From the NCBI GenBank assembly GCA_951406725.2, contig OX597817.1, positions 32,922,001 through 32,986,000 of the forward strand: 64,000 bases of DNA. Direction: 5' to 3'. The translations under genes were made by a program, and so were the position numbers. The notes beneath the pieces were generated by a model. The model searched no databases. It was not told where the DNA came from and saw nothing but the letters and a program-made list of their open reading frames with translations. Shown piece by piece: positions 1 through 12,955 of the stretch. This DNA is from Octopus vulgaris. Taxonomy: Eukaryota. Position 1 is the stretch's first letter. Each line of letters opens with the position of its first letter.

Positions 1-151
1 AAGACCAACAGGGAACTGTTGATCTTTTTCTTTAGGAAAACAAATTTAATATAAAACAGAGATGAAGTAATGTGATACTTAATGGAATAATATATCTAAC
101 TTTTTGCAATTGTCATGGGAAAAAAATGTCAACTATGATTTTTTTCATCAG

Positions 152-192
152 GTATAAAGCAATAGGGAAGTGCTACTGTGTTTCTTGCCTTG
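152..192 (+). CDS. Candidate penultimate coding exon of an unidentified gene (..YKAIGKCYCVSCL-G)
   Basis: Acceptor ttttttcatcAG at 151, donor TTG|GTGAGC at 193; open frame; ends in phase 1, matching the exon at 1018. Confidence 0.35.
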
Positions 193-1017
193 GTGAGCAA
201 CATAACATCTGCAGTGGCATACAAACAACCAATTTAGGAGTTACAAATCCAGCATCTCATCTTCACATTGTCAATATTGATCGTATTCTGGGAATCATTT
301 TCATTCTTATTTCAAATATAAAGATACAATGTAAATAGAATTTTTGCTGATGCAGAGCAAAATTAAGAAATATTTAATTACAGAAGAACCAGTGACTATC
401 TTTTAATACAATACTATTTTGGCTGCCAATTATATAATATTGTTATAAAATAGATATGATAATATACATTTACTAGAAATTTGAGAATGATATGTCTATT
501 TGCTCTATCAGTCAAAGTTTATGAGGATAATGTAATTCATTTCAACATAAACTTGAAAATGTCTTCATTTGTTGTAAGTAAAGTATAAAAGACATGTTAA
601 AAGTTCATTTAATTTTGTTCCTATTTCTTTTTGTTCTATTTTCAATGAGTCTAATTTATATTTGCATCAATGAAGCCTTTTGATATATCTTCTATATGGA
701 TTATATCTTTCCTAAGTTGATTCTTTGGTTTTGTTCTACAACTTGGTTTTGTATTATCTAACAATCTCCATCTATATTTATTTATACTTTTTAATGATTT
801 GTGTTATCTATCTTGTTCATGAGTCAATTAGAGGAGACATTTAGCCTTTTTGAACATTGCTAGAAAATCATTTTTGTCATATGATAGCAAACGATTTTAT
901 TTTTTTTTGCTCTTTCATTTAATTAGGTGGTTTTATGAAATTAAAAATCTATAACATTTATCCATGACTACTTGGCTTCATTTTTTAGAATACTTACAAT
1001 TAATTTCTTTTATGTAG

Positions 1018-1079
1018 GAGCTTCCAACTATGCACAATTTCTGAGACCCAGTAACATGTCTTCGCAAGAAAAGACATAG
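1018..1079 (+). CDS. Candidate terminal coding exon (G-ASNYAQFLRPSNMSSQEKT*)
   Basis: Acceptor ttaatttcttttatgtAG at 1017; phase-compatible with 152-192; TAG at 1077-1079; AT-rich UTR-like tail follows. Confidence 0.4.
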
Positions 1080-1372
1080 TTATTTTAAAAAAACATTTGA
1101 TTTCTTTCATATTTCAAGAACACTACTCTTTGCCATTAGTGGATTGCTTATGATATTTTGCTGCAATATATTTAACTCTCAAATTGCTACTTAATGAGAC
1201 TGTACTTTATAATGTTACTTTTCCCATTTCATTTAGTCCATTATGGTAATACTGCATAAATGTTTTGAACTTTGAAGCAGCAGACTAACTTGGAGTGTGT
1301 AGACTGCTAAACTTTTGAACTCCAAAATCAAAGAGTATCTGTGATGACCTAATCATTTATTAATTAGAAGTT

Positions 1373-1378
1373 AATAAA
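1373..1378 (+). promoter_or_regulatory. Candidate polyadenylation signal
   Basis: AATAAA about 300 nt after the putative stop. Confidence 0.25.
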
Positions 1379-1726
1379 GTAAATAACAACATTATATTAC
1401 ATTAGAAATATGAAAGATTAAAAGTGACACCATATTCTCAGTAACATTTTTCACATCTGCGGGTTGTAGCTTCACTATTTGTGAAAAAGCCCTTGTTTAC
1501 TGTGTCAGTAGAGTTATTTGTTTTATTTTAATTCGCTGTTCTCTCATAAGGAAAGAGAGCCTGCAAATATATATCAAAGAGAATTGGCTGAAGTTACAAA
1601 GTGACTGAAGACCAGAGACTTTCATGCATTGATACTTGATAAGTGCCAATACAAATGAGAGTCTAGATACCAATAAGTACCCTAGAATGTCAAAATAAAT
1701 TCTTGGTGATATTTGTTCTACTTCTT

Positions 1727-1875
1727 TATGTTCTAAGTTCAAATCTTGCTGAGGTCATCTTTGCCTTTCATCTTTTTTGGTGCCATTAAAATAAAGTACC
1801 AGTCAAGTACTGAGGTTAATGGTAGTGAAATACCCTTCCCCTCAAAATTATTGGCCTTGTACCTAAATCAGAAAC

Positions 1876-1917
<42 letters not shown>

Positions 1918-2370
1918 GGACAAAATGCCTTGTGGTATTTAATCCAGGTTTTTATGCTCTAAGTACAAACCCCACCAAAGACAATTTTGCCTTGCATCCC
2001 TCCAGGGGTAGTGAAATAAAGAACCAATCTAGTATGGGGGGCTGAGGGTATTGACTATCTCCCTTCCTCTTTAAATATTCTTGCCCTAGTGCCTAAACTG
2101 GAGACTATCATAACCATCATAATTACCCTCCTCATCATCATTAATATTATTCAGGCAGCAAGGTGGCAGAATTGTTAGCATGCCGCGTGAAATGCTTAGC
2201 AGCATTTTTGTTCATCTTCACATTCTGAGTTCAAATTCCGTTGAGGTCAACTTTGCCTTTCATCCTTTTGGTGGGGTCAATAAAATAAGTACCAGTTGAT
2301 CACTGGAATCACTGTAATTGACTTAGTCCCTCCCCTGAAATTGCTGGCCTTGTGCTAAAATTTGAAACCA
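1727..2370 (+). mobile_element. Cluster of three degenerate family B SINEs
   Basis: Repeated GAGTTCAAAT..CTTTGCCTTTCATC..AAATAAGTACCAG core with (TTA)/(TAA) tails. Confidence 0.75.
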
Positions 2371-2394
2371 TAATAATAATAATAATAATAATAG

Positions 2395-2528
2395 TGAGTT
2401 TAGTTTAATGGCCTACCAATGTGTACTATGAGTTTCTTTGCCCTAGGAGTTGGGAAGACACTCGGCAAGAAATGGAAGCAAATTTGAAAGAAGACGAAAA
2501 AAAAGATAACAATAATAATAATAATAAC
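2395..2528 (+). mobile_element. Probable LINE (Dong-like) 3' UTR remnant ending in (TAA)n
   Basis: Short unique segment bounded by (TAA)n on both sides with an A-rich end; family assignment is inference. Confidence 0.4.
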
Positions 2529-2867
2529 TTTATTTCAGTTACCTTAGTACTGGGCATCCTCCGGAGGCCAACAGTAGCTATGCATGCTAAAATTATCACC
2601 ACATTTATTCCATTTTAGATGGAGAGTCCTTTCCGTAGTACCTGGGCTGTACCCATCAAGGTTATATTTTGTAGTTCATAGAGATTGGAGTTACCAGGGA
2701 GTTGCTTAATATACTGCTCAGCTCCCTTCTTTACCATTCCCTATGCACCAATTACTACTGGTATTATCGTATTTCATATTCTTTTCTTGAGACATTTTGA
2801 TCCTGTCGGAGAGACATGTCTATTAACAGACAAGTTCCTCTGTTATAGCCCTTGATCATAATGTCTG

Positions 2868-2868
<1 letters not shown>
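2529..2868 (-). mobile_element. Dong/R4-clade LINE 3' fragment (restriction-like endonuclease end), decayed
   Basis: Minus translation DIMIKGYNRGTCLLIDMS..NVSRKEYE then TIIPVVIGA*GMVKKG..LQNITLMGTAQVLRKGLSI*; abuts (TTA)n. Confidence 0.85.
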
Positions 2869-2926
<58 letters not shown>

Positions 2927-2929
<3 letters not shown>

Positions 2930-3385
2930 TCGTTTAATGTCTGCTTTCCATGCTAGCATGAGTTGGATGATTTGACTGATGTCTGGTGAACCAAACTCCA
3001 ATCTGATCTGGCAGAGTTTCTACAGCTGGATGCCCTTCCTAACGCCAACCACCCCGAGAGTGTAGTGGGTGCTTTTATGTGCCACCGGCATGAGGACCAG
3101 TTAGGTGGTACTAGCAACAGCCACACTCAAATGGTGCTTTTTATGTGCCACCTGCACAGGAGCCAGTCCAGTGGCACTGGCAACGACCTCGCTCGAATGT
3201 TTTTTCACATGCCCCCAGCACAAGTGCTAGTAAGGCGAAGCAGGTAACAATCATGCTTGAATGGTGTTTTTAACATGCCATCGGCACCAAGGCTAGCTTG
3301 TTGCTCTGGTAACGATCTCACTCGTATGGTACTCTTAGCGCTCCACTAGCAATGGATGCAAGTCACCGAGTTTGATTTCAATTTC
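2927..3385 (-). mobile_element. Family C retroposon (tandem GGCACGTAAAAGCACC units, AGGAAGGGCATCCAGC, (ATG)n tail)
   Basis: Reverse complement matches copies at 21808, 41926, 49992 and 56881. Confidence 0.85.
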
Positions 3386-4191
3386 ATTATTATTATTATT
3401 ATTATTATTAAAAAATTAAAAGGACGGAGTAGCAGAATCATTTAAGTGACTGGTACTTTATAGATTGTAGAAGAATATAAAGCTGAGTTGATTTTGGCAG
3501 GATTCAGATTCACAATATTGCACGATATGACTAAAGACTACAAAGCATTTGTGTCTGTTGGCTGCTCCACCCGTTTCTGCCAATGCAGCTATTCTGATAA
3601 CAATGATAGTAATGAAAACCATAATACTCATACTTATCATAAATAGAAGCAAATTACTATTATATCTTGCTGTTAGATTTTGTTTCCAAAATAGAATCGG
3701 TTTTATTTCAGCCTATATATGTCTTTTTTATATTTTATGACTATTGATTTTTAACTAAATGTTACAGGCATGTTGCAATGATCCTAAAATATTAGCTCAA
3801 ATTGAAATGATTTCTTCCATGGAAAAAAAATGAGAGATAGAGAGAGAGAGTACAAATAAATTTTTTTTAATATCTCTACTACTTTACTAGATTTTTCTCT
3901 ACCCTCCCACCTTTATTGTTAAATTTGTTTTTCCTTGGAAAATTGCTGAATGGTAAAATACTGTTTCCAGAATTAAGCTGTGATGTTAACTGAATTGAAG
4001 TCTGAGTTAGCAACATATTGGTAGCAAACAAAATAAAAATGTCTAAAAGAAAAAGAAAAAAAAAGGGGGAGAACTTTTTTTAGTGATTTTGCTGAGTTTG
4101 CATGACTTCAGATATTTGCAGGGATGCACTTCACCATGATAGCGCAGTCCATTTGCTTTTAGCTAGACATCCAGGAAATTTGTTTCAATAA

Positions 4192-4616
4192 AGGCGCAGA
4201 AGTGGCTGTGTGGTAAGTAGCTTGTTTACCAACCACATGCTTCCGGGTTCAGTCCCACTGTGTGGCACCTTGGGCAAGTGTCTTCTACTATAGCCTCGGA
4301 CCGACTAAAGCCTTGTGAGTGGATTTGGTAGACGGAAACTGAAAGAAGCCCGTCGTATATATGTATATATATATATATATATATGCATGTGTGTGTTTGT
4401 GTATCTGTGTTTGTCTCCCCCCCCCCCAACATCACTTGACAACCGATGCTGGTGTGTTTATGTCCCCGTTACTTAGTGGTTCGGCAAAAGAGACCAATAG
4501 AATAAGTACTGGGCTTACAAAAGAATAAGTCCCAGGGTCGAGTTGCTCGATTAAAGGCGGTGTACCAGCATGGCCGGAGTCAAATGACTGAAACAAGTAA
4601 AAGAGTAAAAGAGTAA
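4192..4616 (+). mobile_element. Family A tRNA-derived SINE, full length (CORE-like; cf. octopus OR/OK SINEs)
   Basis: A box TGGCTGTGTGG, B box GGTTCAGTCC, ACCTTGGGCAAGT core, internal (TA)n(TG)n, tail GAAACAAGTAAAAGAG; many copies in window. Confidence 0.9.
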
Positions 4617-4659
4617 TGCTACATGCACACAAACATACCCAATGTGCTGTATCTGAAGA

Positions 4660-4975
4660 GAAGCTGCTTAGCATGAAGTCACTAACAAAACAGACTCCAA
4701 ATTCTGGCCCACTGTTATGTTGTCTCCTCTCTGCTGTTTTAATAACTACCACAGTAGTTTATACTTCTTGGGTCTGGTTGGTCTCATACCACCTTCACCC
4801 AGACATCCCTTACTCACTTCCCTCATCTCCTCTTAATACCCTTATTGTATTCAACTTCAGACCTCACATTAACCCCTATGTCTAGTCTTCTCTCCCCAGA
4901 ATGATAGTCCTCCAGAATTCTTACCATGTACATAATTTTCCTGCAGCCCTTAACTTGAAGAATGCTAATACATTA
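4660..4975 (+). mobile_element. Highly decayed CR1-group LINE 3' fragment
   Basis: Frameshifted peptide LQILAH..VVSSL..GLVGLIPP..PYCIQL..NPYV*SSLPR; similar to 20254-20680. Confidence 0.55.
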
Positions 4976-5809
4976 ATATCACTAGTCTCTGAAAGTCATA
5001 GACATGGCTTCTTCCTCCAGTATAAACCAATAGAAAATAAATAAAGAATATAATATGAACCTTGTCTATTGGGCACATTCATCTTTACCTGTGGGCCTAT
5101 ATGATAATTTTCATAATTTGCGCATGCACGCGTGTACGCAAACACACATACACACACAACTTTGCTATCTGTGTCCATTGAACTCAAGTTATACACCCAA
5201 CTATATTTACTTCTTCCTTCCCTTGAAATTTGTCTTTTGGGGTCATTAGCAGAAAGTGTTTTTAATTCCTTTCCAAAAACACATCCAACCACTCTTTTTT
5301 CATTTTCTGTTCACCCCTTCCACCTTCTTCAGCCTTACTCTGTCCTTGCATATTCTGAGAACTGTACTATCTGAATATCACATTTGAAAAATCCCTTTCC
5401 TCTTCAATGAAAGGGCAGTCATAGAACATAAAATTGCTTTCTCTCCATGGCATACAAACTTGCTCAGACGCATGAACTTAAAAATACAAATATATCTTGA
5501 GAATCATATTCTTAAAATAGCCATCTGTAGATCATCATCGACAAACATGATATTGTACTTTTTGTTCAAGATAAAATCTCAGATAGATGTTTTCTGTTGA
5601 ACAAAACATACTTGATGTACGAAACATTGCCTTCAAACATTTTCATTGTGTTTTGATTCTTTTTTCTTTCTTGAAATTTTGAATTTTCAGCCTCTCTCCC
5701 ACCTCCTTCCATATATAAGTATCACAACTGTAAAACACAACAAACATGCAATAGCGTTTATATTTTGTGTGACAAATTACAAATTGTATTCTACCAAAAT
5801 GTAACAATA

Positions 5810-6213
5810 TCTAATCTTTATATATAAAAGTGAAGTTGTGTGTCTGTCTCCTACGATTTAGATTCCTAACTACTCACACATTTTGCGGTGCAGTTTAACC
5901 AAAACCGGGTATCTTATAGTCGTGATTCATATCGAGCCCTTCTGGGTATTAGCGCGCGTCTACGATGAGTCTACAATTTAAAAAAAAATTTACCATCATT
6001 TTTTTCCATTTTAATGCATTTTTTCACTATTATATAAGGGAAGTAACTCTCTAAAAATGCCTACGATGAGTCAACGATTTAAAAAAAAATTACCATTATT
6101 TTTTTTCCATTTTTAATGCATTTGTTTTTGCTATTTTTTGGCTATAACTCTCTAAAAATGCTTATATAGTTATTTCCCTTACAAACCCGAGCAACGCTGG
6201 GCGATACTGCTAG
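5810..6213 (+). mobile_element. Non-autonomous Helitron
   Basis: A|TC 5' end with TATATAAAA, subterminal hairpin CCCGAGCAACGCTGGG, CTAG|T 3' end, no TSD; second copy at 40204. Confidence 0.85.
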
Positions 6214-6832
6214 TTTAACATAATTACGTTTAAGCAAATAAATGAATAAAGTGTCACCCTGTATATCTTGGCTTTAGAATAGGTACTCCACATCCCTGTG
6301 TCTTGGAAGAGTCAAGTAGAGGAAGGGTTGGGATATGAAGGGTATCTGTTTAGAAAAGTATTGCTTCAGAACAACTTCCCAAGCCATGCTAGCATGGAAA
6401 AGTGGACACATAACACCGCTGCTGCTGCTGATGATGATGATGAATAAATGAATAATTTGTAATCAACTCTGGTTTAAAAGCATTTCCTAATATATATTCT
6501 GTTTGTTTTTGTAGCTCTCTTGTATGTTTGAAATCTAAATATTTATCAGTGAAACGAGGCTTTTAGTCTTTGAAGATGAAAAATAAACTAATTATGTATC
6601 ACCTGATGTAAAATATTTTTATTTTGTTGTTTATATATATATATATATATATATATAGTTCTTAAACCATTGGTTGCAAACAAAGATTGAATCTGCTTTG
6701 TTTATTGCAAGTTACACAACTGTCATCTGATGTAGGTTAAAAACACTTGACATTTTGGTTTGCAGTTGTTGAAGATGGTTCATGTTGATAGTTGATACAT
6801 TCACACATAACACACACACACAACATAGACAA

Positions 6833-6869
<37 letters not shown>

Positions 6870-7754
6870 ACACACACACATTTAAAATGTAAAGAATGAG
6901 TTATAATTATTAGTTGTCATCATACCTACCAAACTGAAAAATCTGTAATAGACTCAAGTAGAATGATTTCAATCTTTCTATCAAATGTATCTCTGACTTA
7001 TTCTGAAAATTTATATTTATTCACTTGAAAACTGACAGAATTGTTTTGAACACTTCAATCAATTTGATTTTTCTTTTTTTTTCTTTCTTTACTCTTATTC
7101 TCTGTCACAATTTTTTTAAAAAGAAAAACATCTTATTGATCTTTGCTTTGATTTTCATCTTTTAAATCTATCTTTTCCATCAACTACTCTTGTTTCACCC
7201 ACCTCCTTCATTCTCTCTTACTCTCTGTTTCTCTTCATCTCCCACTCTCTAGCTTCCTATATATATATATATAATATTGTGATTTACCTACATAGTTTCA
7301 TCTTTACTTGTCCAATATCAGAAAAATCAACAATATTTTTATACTTACAGATAACAGTAAATGATAATAACACTCACATTTTCCTTGATACAAAGCGTAG
7401 AAGAATTATTTTAACCATCCAAAAACACACAGAAGATTACTTAATCATTTATTACTTGGTATTAAAATTGTCACTGCACTGTCTACAACTTGGTTATTAA
7501 TAAATGATAAGTGATTAAGTGAAGTTAACAGTTTCTGTGTGTTTTTCAATGGCTAGTATGTGTCTTACATGCTGTAATTGCTTTGGTTTCAACACATGGT
7601 CTCAGCTGCCAGACAAGTGCAATTTCGAAATTGATATATTAAGCTGAATGAAAAATGTTAGGCCATCCTATTCATTGACACAGGATTAACTTTATCTAAA
7701 ATTAGTGTGATTTTTTTGTTATTACATTTCTCCGATAATAGAGATAAGCATAGT

Positions 7755-8199
7755 TTAACCCTTTAAGTCTTCAGATTATTCTGTTAAATGTAATGCTTAT
7801 TTATTCATATTGTTTTGAATTAATTATGCATTGTCTCGCACCTTCAAGATTTTGATGAGTTAATTGTTTATTTTTAGAATAACATTGTAGGGTAGATGTA
7901 AGAGGCTGGATCTGGCTAGTTTGAACATAAAACAAGTAGAATACTTGGTCCCAATATGGCCACTTTAACCCTTTCGTTACCAACCCGGCTGAACCCGGCT
8001 CTGGCTCTGTTGTACAAATGTCTTTTTTTTTTTTTAAGATTTTAATTAAACCTTAGTCACAATTTATGTTCCTAACACTAGCTGAATGATAACTAAGTTA
8101 TTTTACTAAATTCTTTGTTATGTTTAAAGTAATTGAAAGAAACACAGAGCATCTCAAAATAAATATAGTAACGAAAGAGTTAAATGCTAAAAAGGTTAA
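7755..8199 (+). mobile_element. TTAA-flanked (piggyBac-type) MITE family P2, host of a nested MITE
   Basis: TTAACCCTTTA...TAAAAAGGTTAA ends; uninterrupted copy at 51743-51967. Confidence 0.8.
7965..8183 (+). mobile_element. TTAA-flanked MITE family P1, nested in P2
   Basis: TIR CCCTTTCGTTAC / GTAACGAAAGAG with TTAA on both sides. Confidence 0.88.
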
Positions 8200-8236
8200 A
8201 AAAGGTCTAAATCCTTTTACTCACTCATACATATAC

Positions 8237-8602
8237 AGGCATGGCTATATAGTTAAGAATTTTGCTTCCTAATCATATGATTTTGTAACATCTTGGGCAG
8301 GCATCATCTGCCAGAGCCCTGGGGTGACTAAAGCATTGTGAATAAGTTTGGTAGATAGAAACTGAAAGAAGGCCATTGTATGAATGTGTTTCCTTGTCTT
8401 GACCCAGTGTGATGGTTGTAAATGAGTGTCACTGTCACAATATTATTCATTTTGAATATTCTGTGAAAACATGTCTGGAAATATTACCTTATTTGGAAAC
8501 AATGAGAGTTGGTGACTGGAGGTGAATCTGGCCATAGAAAAAATGCCTTAGTGGACTCCGTCATACTCAAGTATAGAAAAGGAGATGATAAAACAATGAT
8601 GA
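8237..8602 (+). mobile_element. Degenerate family A head with family C-type tail
   Basis: GGTAGATAGAAACTGAAAGAAG head, then alternative body and ATGATGA tail. Confidence 0.7.
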
Positions 8603-9627
8603 GTTATATGTTCATTGTTGTCTAGAATAAAAGTTGTTACATCATAAATTACAGAGATAATTGCTTCCAGTTTTGAAAGTATTAGTAAGCAGTTATACAA
8701 AACATTATTTTCTTATGTGATTTAAAAAAACCCAGTAATATTAAACTTTAAAAAAAAAAAAAAAAAAAAATTAGTATTTCGAAGTTAAGATTTTATGAAA
8801 AATGGGATACCATTCCATTCCTTTAGTGGCTAGTTATTTACTGAAAAATTTGCAATGCTGAAAGAGATGAACCAGCTGTTTGGGAATGTTTAGAATTTAA
8901 AAAAAAAAGAAAAAAAAAAGAAAGAAAAATCATATACGTGCATACGTACACATACCACACCACACACGCACATCCTTTAGTATCTTGTTTCATTTTCCCC
9001 CTTTCCAGGAGAAAAAAAGAAAAGAATTTTGAAGAATTAATAGTTACCAAATAAATTAGTATCACAGAAATCTCGTACATTACATGTTGGTATTAGCTCC
9101 AATTTCTCTTCGCCCTCTCTCCTCCATTCTCCCTACACACAATAACTCACATTTATCTATAAATATGGGTAGATTTTCTTTAAAAAATAGGTCACATATC
9201 TGGTTAGTAAGTTTAATATTAAATTTTGTTCTAAATACATTCCATTACATTTTGAAACCTTGAAGTGGGCATCGTTATTGTATATAGCTGGATACATTAC
9301 TGGTTTATTGCATGATCAGGCAGGATTTCATCCTGAATCTGTGTGAATCATTTCCAGTCTATTTAACATGAACACACAGATGGTCTTCTTAAATTAGTTT
9401 AGTACTTATTTGATAAATAGTAATTTAAGTCATGGGATACTCTAGACAACTCACCATCACCTTCTCACACTGACATTAACAAATAAAGAATACCCCATGC
9501 ATCTTTCAAATGAATTTTCAGTTTCCCAAGCAATACTAGAAAGACATTTTGATCTTTAGTGAGCGATGTATCAGATCTGTTTGAGCGGGTGATTGGCATT
9601 GTGAGAATGAGGCTCAACTCCTTCAGC

Positions 9628-9830
9628 AGTTGTTGCTGTTTAACCTCAGATCAATTCTGATCAAAGACATTCCACCTATTAAAATACCTTCTTCTGTATT
9701 TTAGATACAGTATAACTAGTACCACATTATCCAATGTGGGTTTCTCTTTCTTAAAATATTGTGGGATGCGATATGCCATTTAGCTGTTATTTCTAGCAGG
9801 TTGAGTGATCACACAAGGCTTCCGTGTTGC
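9628..9830 (+). mobile_element. Family E repeat (ACATTATCCAATGTG..GCTGTTATTTCTAGCAGG)
   Basis: Related degenerate copies near 44945, 51280-51670, 56335, 58290 and 60555. Confidence 0.65.
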
Positions 9831-9922
9831 CTGATCCTTTAGCAGTTGATAGCACAGGAAAGACTAGAACTAACATAGTCCAGAGTTTGTTTTTCTGACA
9901 AATAACCAGTTCTGGATTATAT

Positions 9923-10150
9923 TTAACCCTTTCGTTACCAACCTGGCTGAAACCGGCTCTGGCTCTGAGTACAAATGTCTTGTTTTCATAAGTTTTGAAT
10001 CAAAATCTTCCACATTATCTTAATCACAATATATGTTCCTAACACTAGCTGAATGATAATTGAGTTATTTTACTAAATTCTTTGATATATTTAAAGTAAT
10101 TGAAAGAAACACAGAGCACCTCAAAATAAATACAGTAACGAAAGGGTTAA
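9923..10150 (+). mobile_element. MITE family P1
   Basis: TTAA-CCCTTTCGTTAC...GTAACGAAAGGG-TTAA. Confidence 0.9.
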
Positions 10151-10651
10151 GGTGTAAGTGGTTAGTGTTAGGAAGGGCATTCAGCCGTAGAAATTATGCC
10201 AAAGCAGACAGTAGAGTTTGGTGCTGTCTTCTAGTTTCTTAGCTCCTGTCAAAATGTCCAACCCATGCCAGCATGGAAAATGGATGTTAAATGATGATGA
10301 CGATGAGGATGATATAACGTGCACATTTCCTTTAGCAGAAAATAGAATCCGACTTAGCTTCATACTTAGTTTACAGTTTCTGATCTTTTTAATATTTGTT
10401 GTATTAGAATACTTTATAAAGCACCCATTCTAACTTCACTTAAACCATTAAACCATAAACTGATACATTTAGAAATACATTTAGAAATGATATTATTACA
10501 TATTTATGGTAAGCTAGTGAAAAATTGCTTAGCAATATTCTTTAATTTTCTAAGTATGCATTAAAAAAATATTTGGACACATAAACTAGGCCAAATTCCA
10601 TCATAGAACTATTATGATAATATTTTCTTCCCATTCCATGCCTTGTCATAT

Positions 10652-10707
<56 letters not shown>

Positions 10708-10736
10708 TAGAAAAAGTAACTGAGATCCCTACTTAC

Positions 10737-10904
10737 TTTGCAGCTTCTCAAGTAACTTTCTAGTACTCCAGTCATTTTCTAAATATTTTCCCACTGTTTC
10801 AAGCATACTTTATCCCCTATTATTTCTTGCTTAGTAGTTATCCTAATGTTTGGTATTACTTTCTAAATATCTATTACTGTTGACATCATTATTTTGCAGC
10901 CCCT
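10737..10904 (-). other. Candidate exon of a minus-strand transcript; possible start MLETVGKYLENDWSTRKLLEKLQ (ATG at 10806)
   Basis: Minus acceptor cattttcAG, donor AAA|GTAAGT, unique purine-rich sequence. Confidence 0.35.
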
Positions 10905-11099
10905 CTGAAAATGATTTTTATGAAGTAAAGCACTTAGTTTTAAAATCTTATTGAAATCAAATCACATATTTAATACACAGATGTTTCTACTTCTTAGATA
11001 GTCGGGGCTCACTTAATTCATCTGAGATGATGCCACATTCTTTTAAATAAACAGAGAAAGAAATGTGCATTAGAAGAACAGTAGTGTAGTGTAGGTATA

Positions 11100-11289
11100 T
11101 ACTGTGCATCCTTATGCACATTTGTGTATAAGTTGCATCTCTAATTTAGTGTTAAATCATAGTACAATATTTTTTCTCTTCATAGTTTTAGTTTTGCTCT
11201 TTGTATAAGTTGCACCCCAGTTTTTTTGTTTTTTCCTATTAATATCAGGCATATAGGCTTGTGTGACTTACACATGAGTATATATAGTA
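11100..11289. mobile_element. Degenerate pogo/Tigger-like MITE
   Basis: TACTGT..TGTATAAGTTGCA (twice) and inverted TGTGACTTACAC..TATATAGTA. Confidence 0.45.
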
Positions 11290-11328
11290 TTGAAAATATT
11301 CTCTAAGATTGAAATCCTTACCTAACAT

Positions 11329-11466
11329 AGGCACAGGAGTGGCTGTGTGGTTTCGGGTTCAGTCCCACTGCATGGCACTATAGTGTCATCTACTATAGCC
11401 TTGGGCCGACCAAAGCCTTGTGAGTGGAATTGGTAGATGGAAGCTGAAAGAAGCCCGTCGTTTATG

Positions 11467-11499
<33 letters not shown>

Positions 11500-11705
11500 T
11501 TGTGTATCTGTATTTGTCCCTCCAACATCGCTTGACAACCGATGCTGGTGTGTTTACGTCCTTGTAACTTAGCAGTTCAGCAAAAGAGACCGGTAGAATA
11601 AGTTCTAGGCTTACAAAGAATATGTCCTGGGGCTGATTTGCTTGACTAAAGGTGCTGTTCCAGCATGGCCACAGTCAAATGACTGAAACAAGTAAAAAAG
11701 TAAAA
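11329..11705 (+). mobile_element. Family A SINE with small internal deletions
   Basis: High similarity to 4192-4616. Confidence 0.88.
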
Positions 11706-12106
11706 AAAAAAAAAAAAAAAAAAAGTAACAAATAAATTTCAGCAGCTCTATTTCGATGGAGTTTATTATATATTGGAATAAAGTATCAGTGAACATTTTA
11801 TAAAGGTATGAGAAAAATATTTATTGCAAGCTGTAATGGGATATAAGATTTACTAATCAGTATGCATCAGTTTCAGCATCTATTGATGCTAACCATTGAT
11901 ATTTTGGAGTAGGATCTTTTCTTAGGATACCAAGCAATGAGGCATACCTTTAGATGTCTATACTGTTTTATCAAAACATTCATGTCAAATAAAGTTATCA
12001 TTCAACCTTGAAGTTTCTGGACTAAAATTACCATCTGTAGTTTGTTAATCTACAGAATGGATAAGGTTTGTTGAGACTTCCTTGTATTAAAAATGCAAAG
12101 GCTCTT

Positions 12107-12345
12107 GATGTAAGAGCATTTGTATTCATAGATTTTTTTTGCATATATTTCTTCATATATTTCTTATAAATGAAGACAATTTCAGTCAGGAATATTTGTT
12201 AAGTATTTCTTATAAATGAAGACAATTTCAGTCAGGAATATTTGTTAAGATGTAAGAGCATTTGTATTCATAGATTTTTTTTGCATATATTTCTTCATAT
12301 ATTTCTTATAAATGAAGACAATTTCAGTCAGGAATATTTGTTAAG
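12107..12345. repeat. Perfect compound tandem duplication A-B-B-A-B
   Basis: 12107-12203 equals 12249-12345 (97 bp); 46-bp B unit present three times. Confidence 0.92.
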
Positions 12346-12955
12346 TGTGTTGCCAAGTGAGTTCAGTTCTGGTATGCAGAGAATTATTTCATTCAAAAAT
12401 ATAAGAAAACGTTTTGTTATTTACTGAATGGTGGTTTAGGGAAAAAAAAAAAAAAAAAAAGCCTTGTGTTCTGATTTGTTGTTTTATTTATTTTGTAGTA
12501 AAAAAGAAAAAAACAACAACAACAACAACAACATTGGTTATTCTTTCACTATGTTATCTTCTTTGATATCTTTCGTCTCCATCTAATATAGTAATTTCAG
12601 TTATGTTAGAAGTTCTATCTTTAGTCGCTGCATATGAATGTAGTGTACATATAAACATTTATCTGAGTGTTTGTGCAAATACCCTTCCATATTTATAGGC
12701 ATGCATGAATGCCCACACGCACACACACAATATGATGAATGAGTTATAAATGAAAACAGTGTATCTCTGATGATGGTGAGATAGCCGTTCATTCTATTGG
12801 AGCTTGCATCTCTCCTGCAAATATAGCTACCTACTGTTGATCTGAGCAAATGCACTCTGCTCTGCAAAAGGCTAGCTTCTTATACATCAAGGTAGCAGAT
12901 ACATCTCTTTACCTTTATGCATCTAGCACTAAATGATGTAGCACTGTAATTACCT

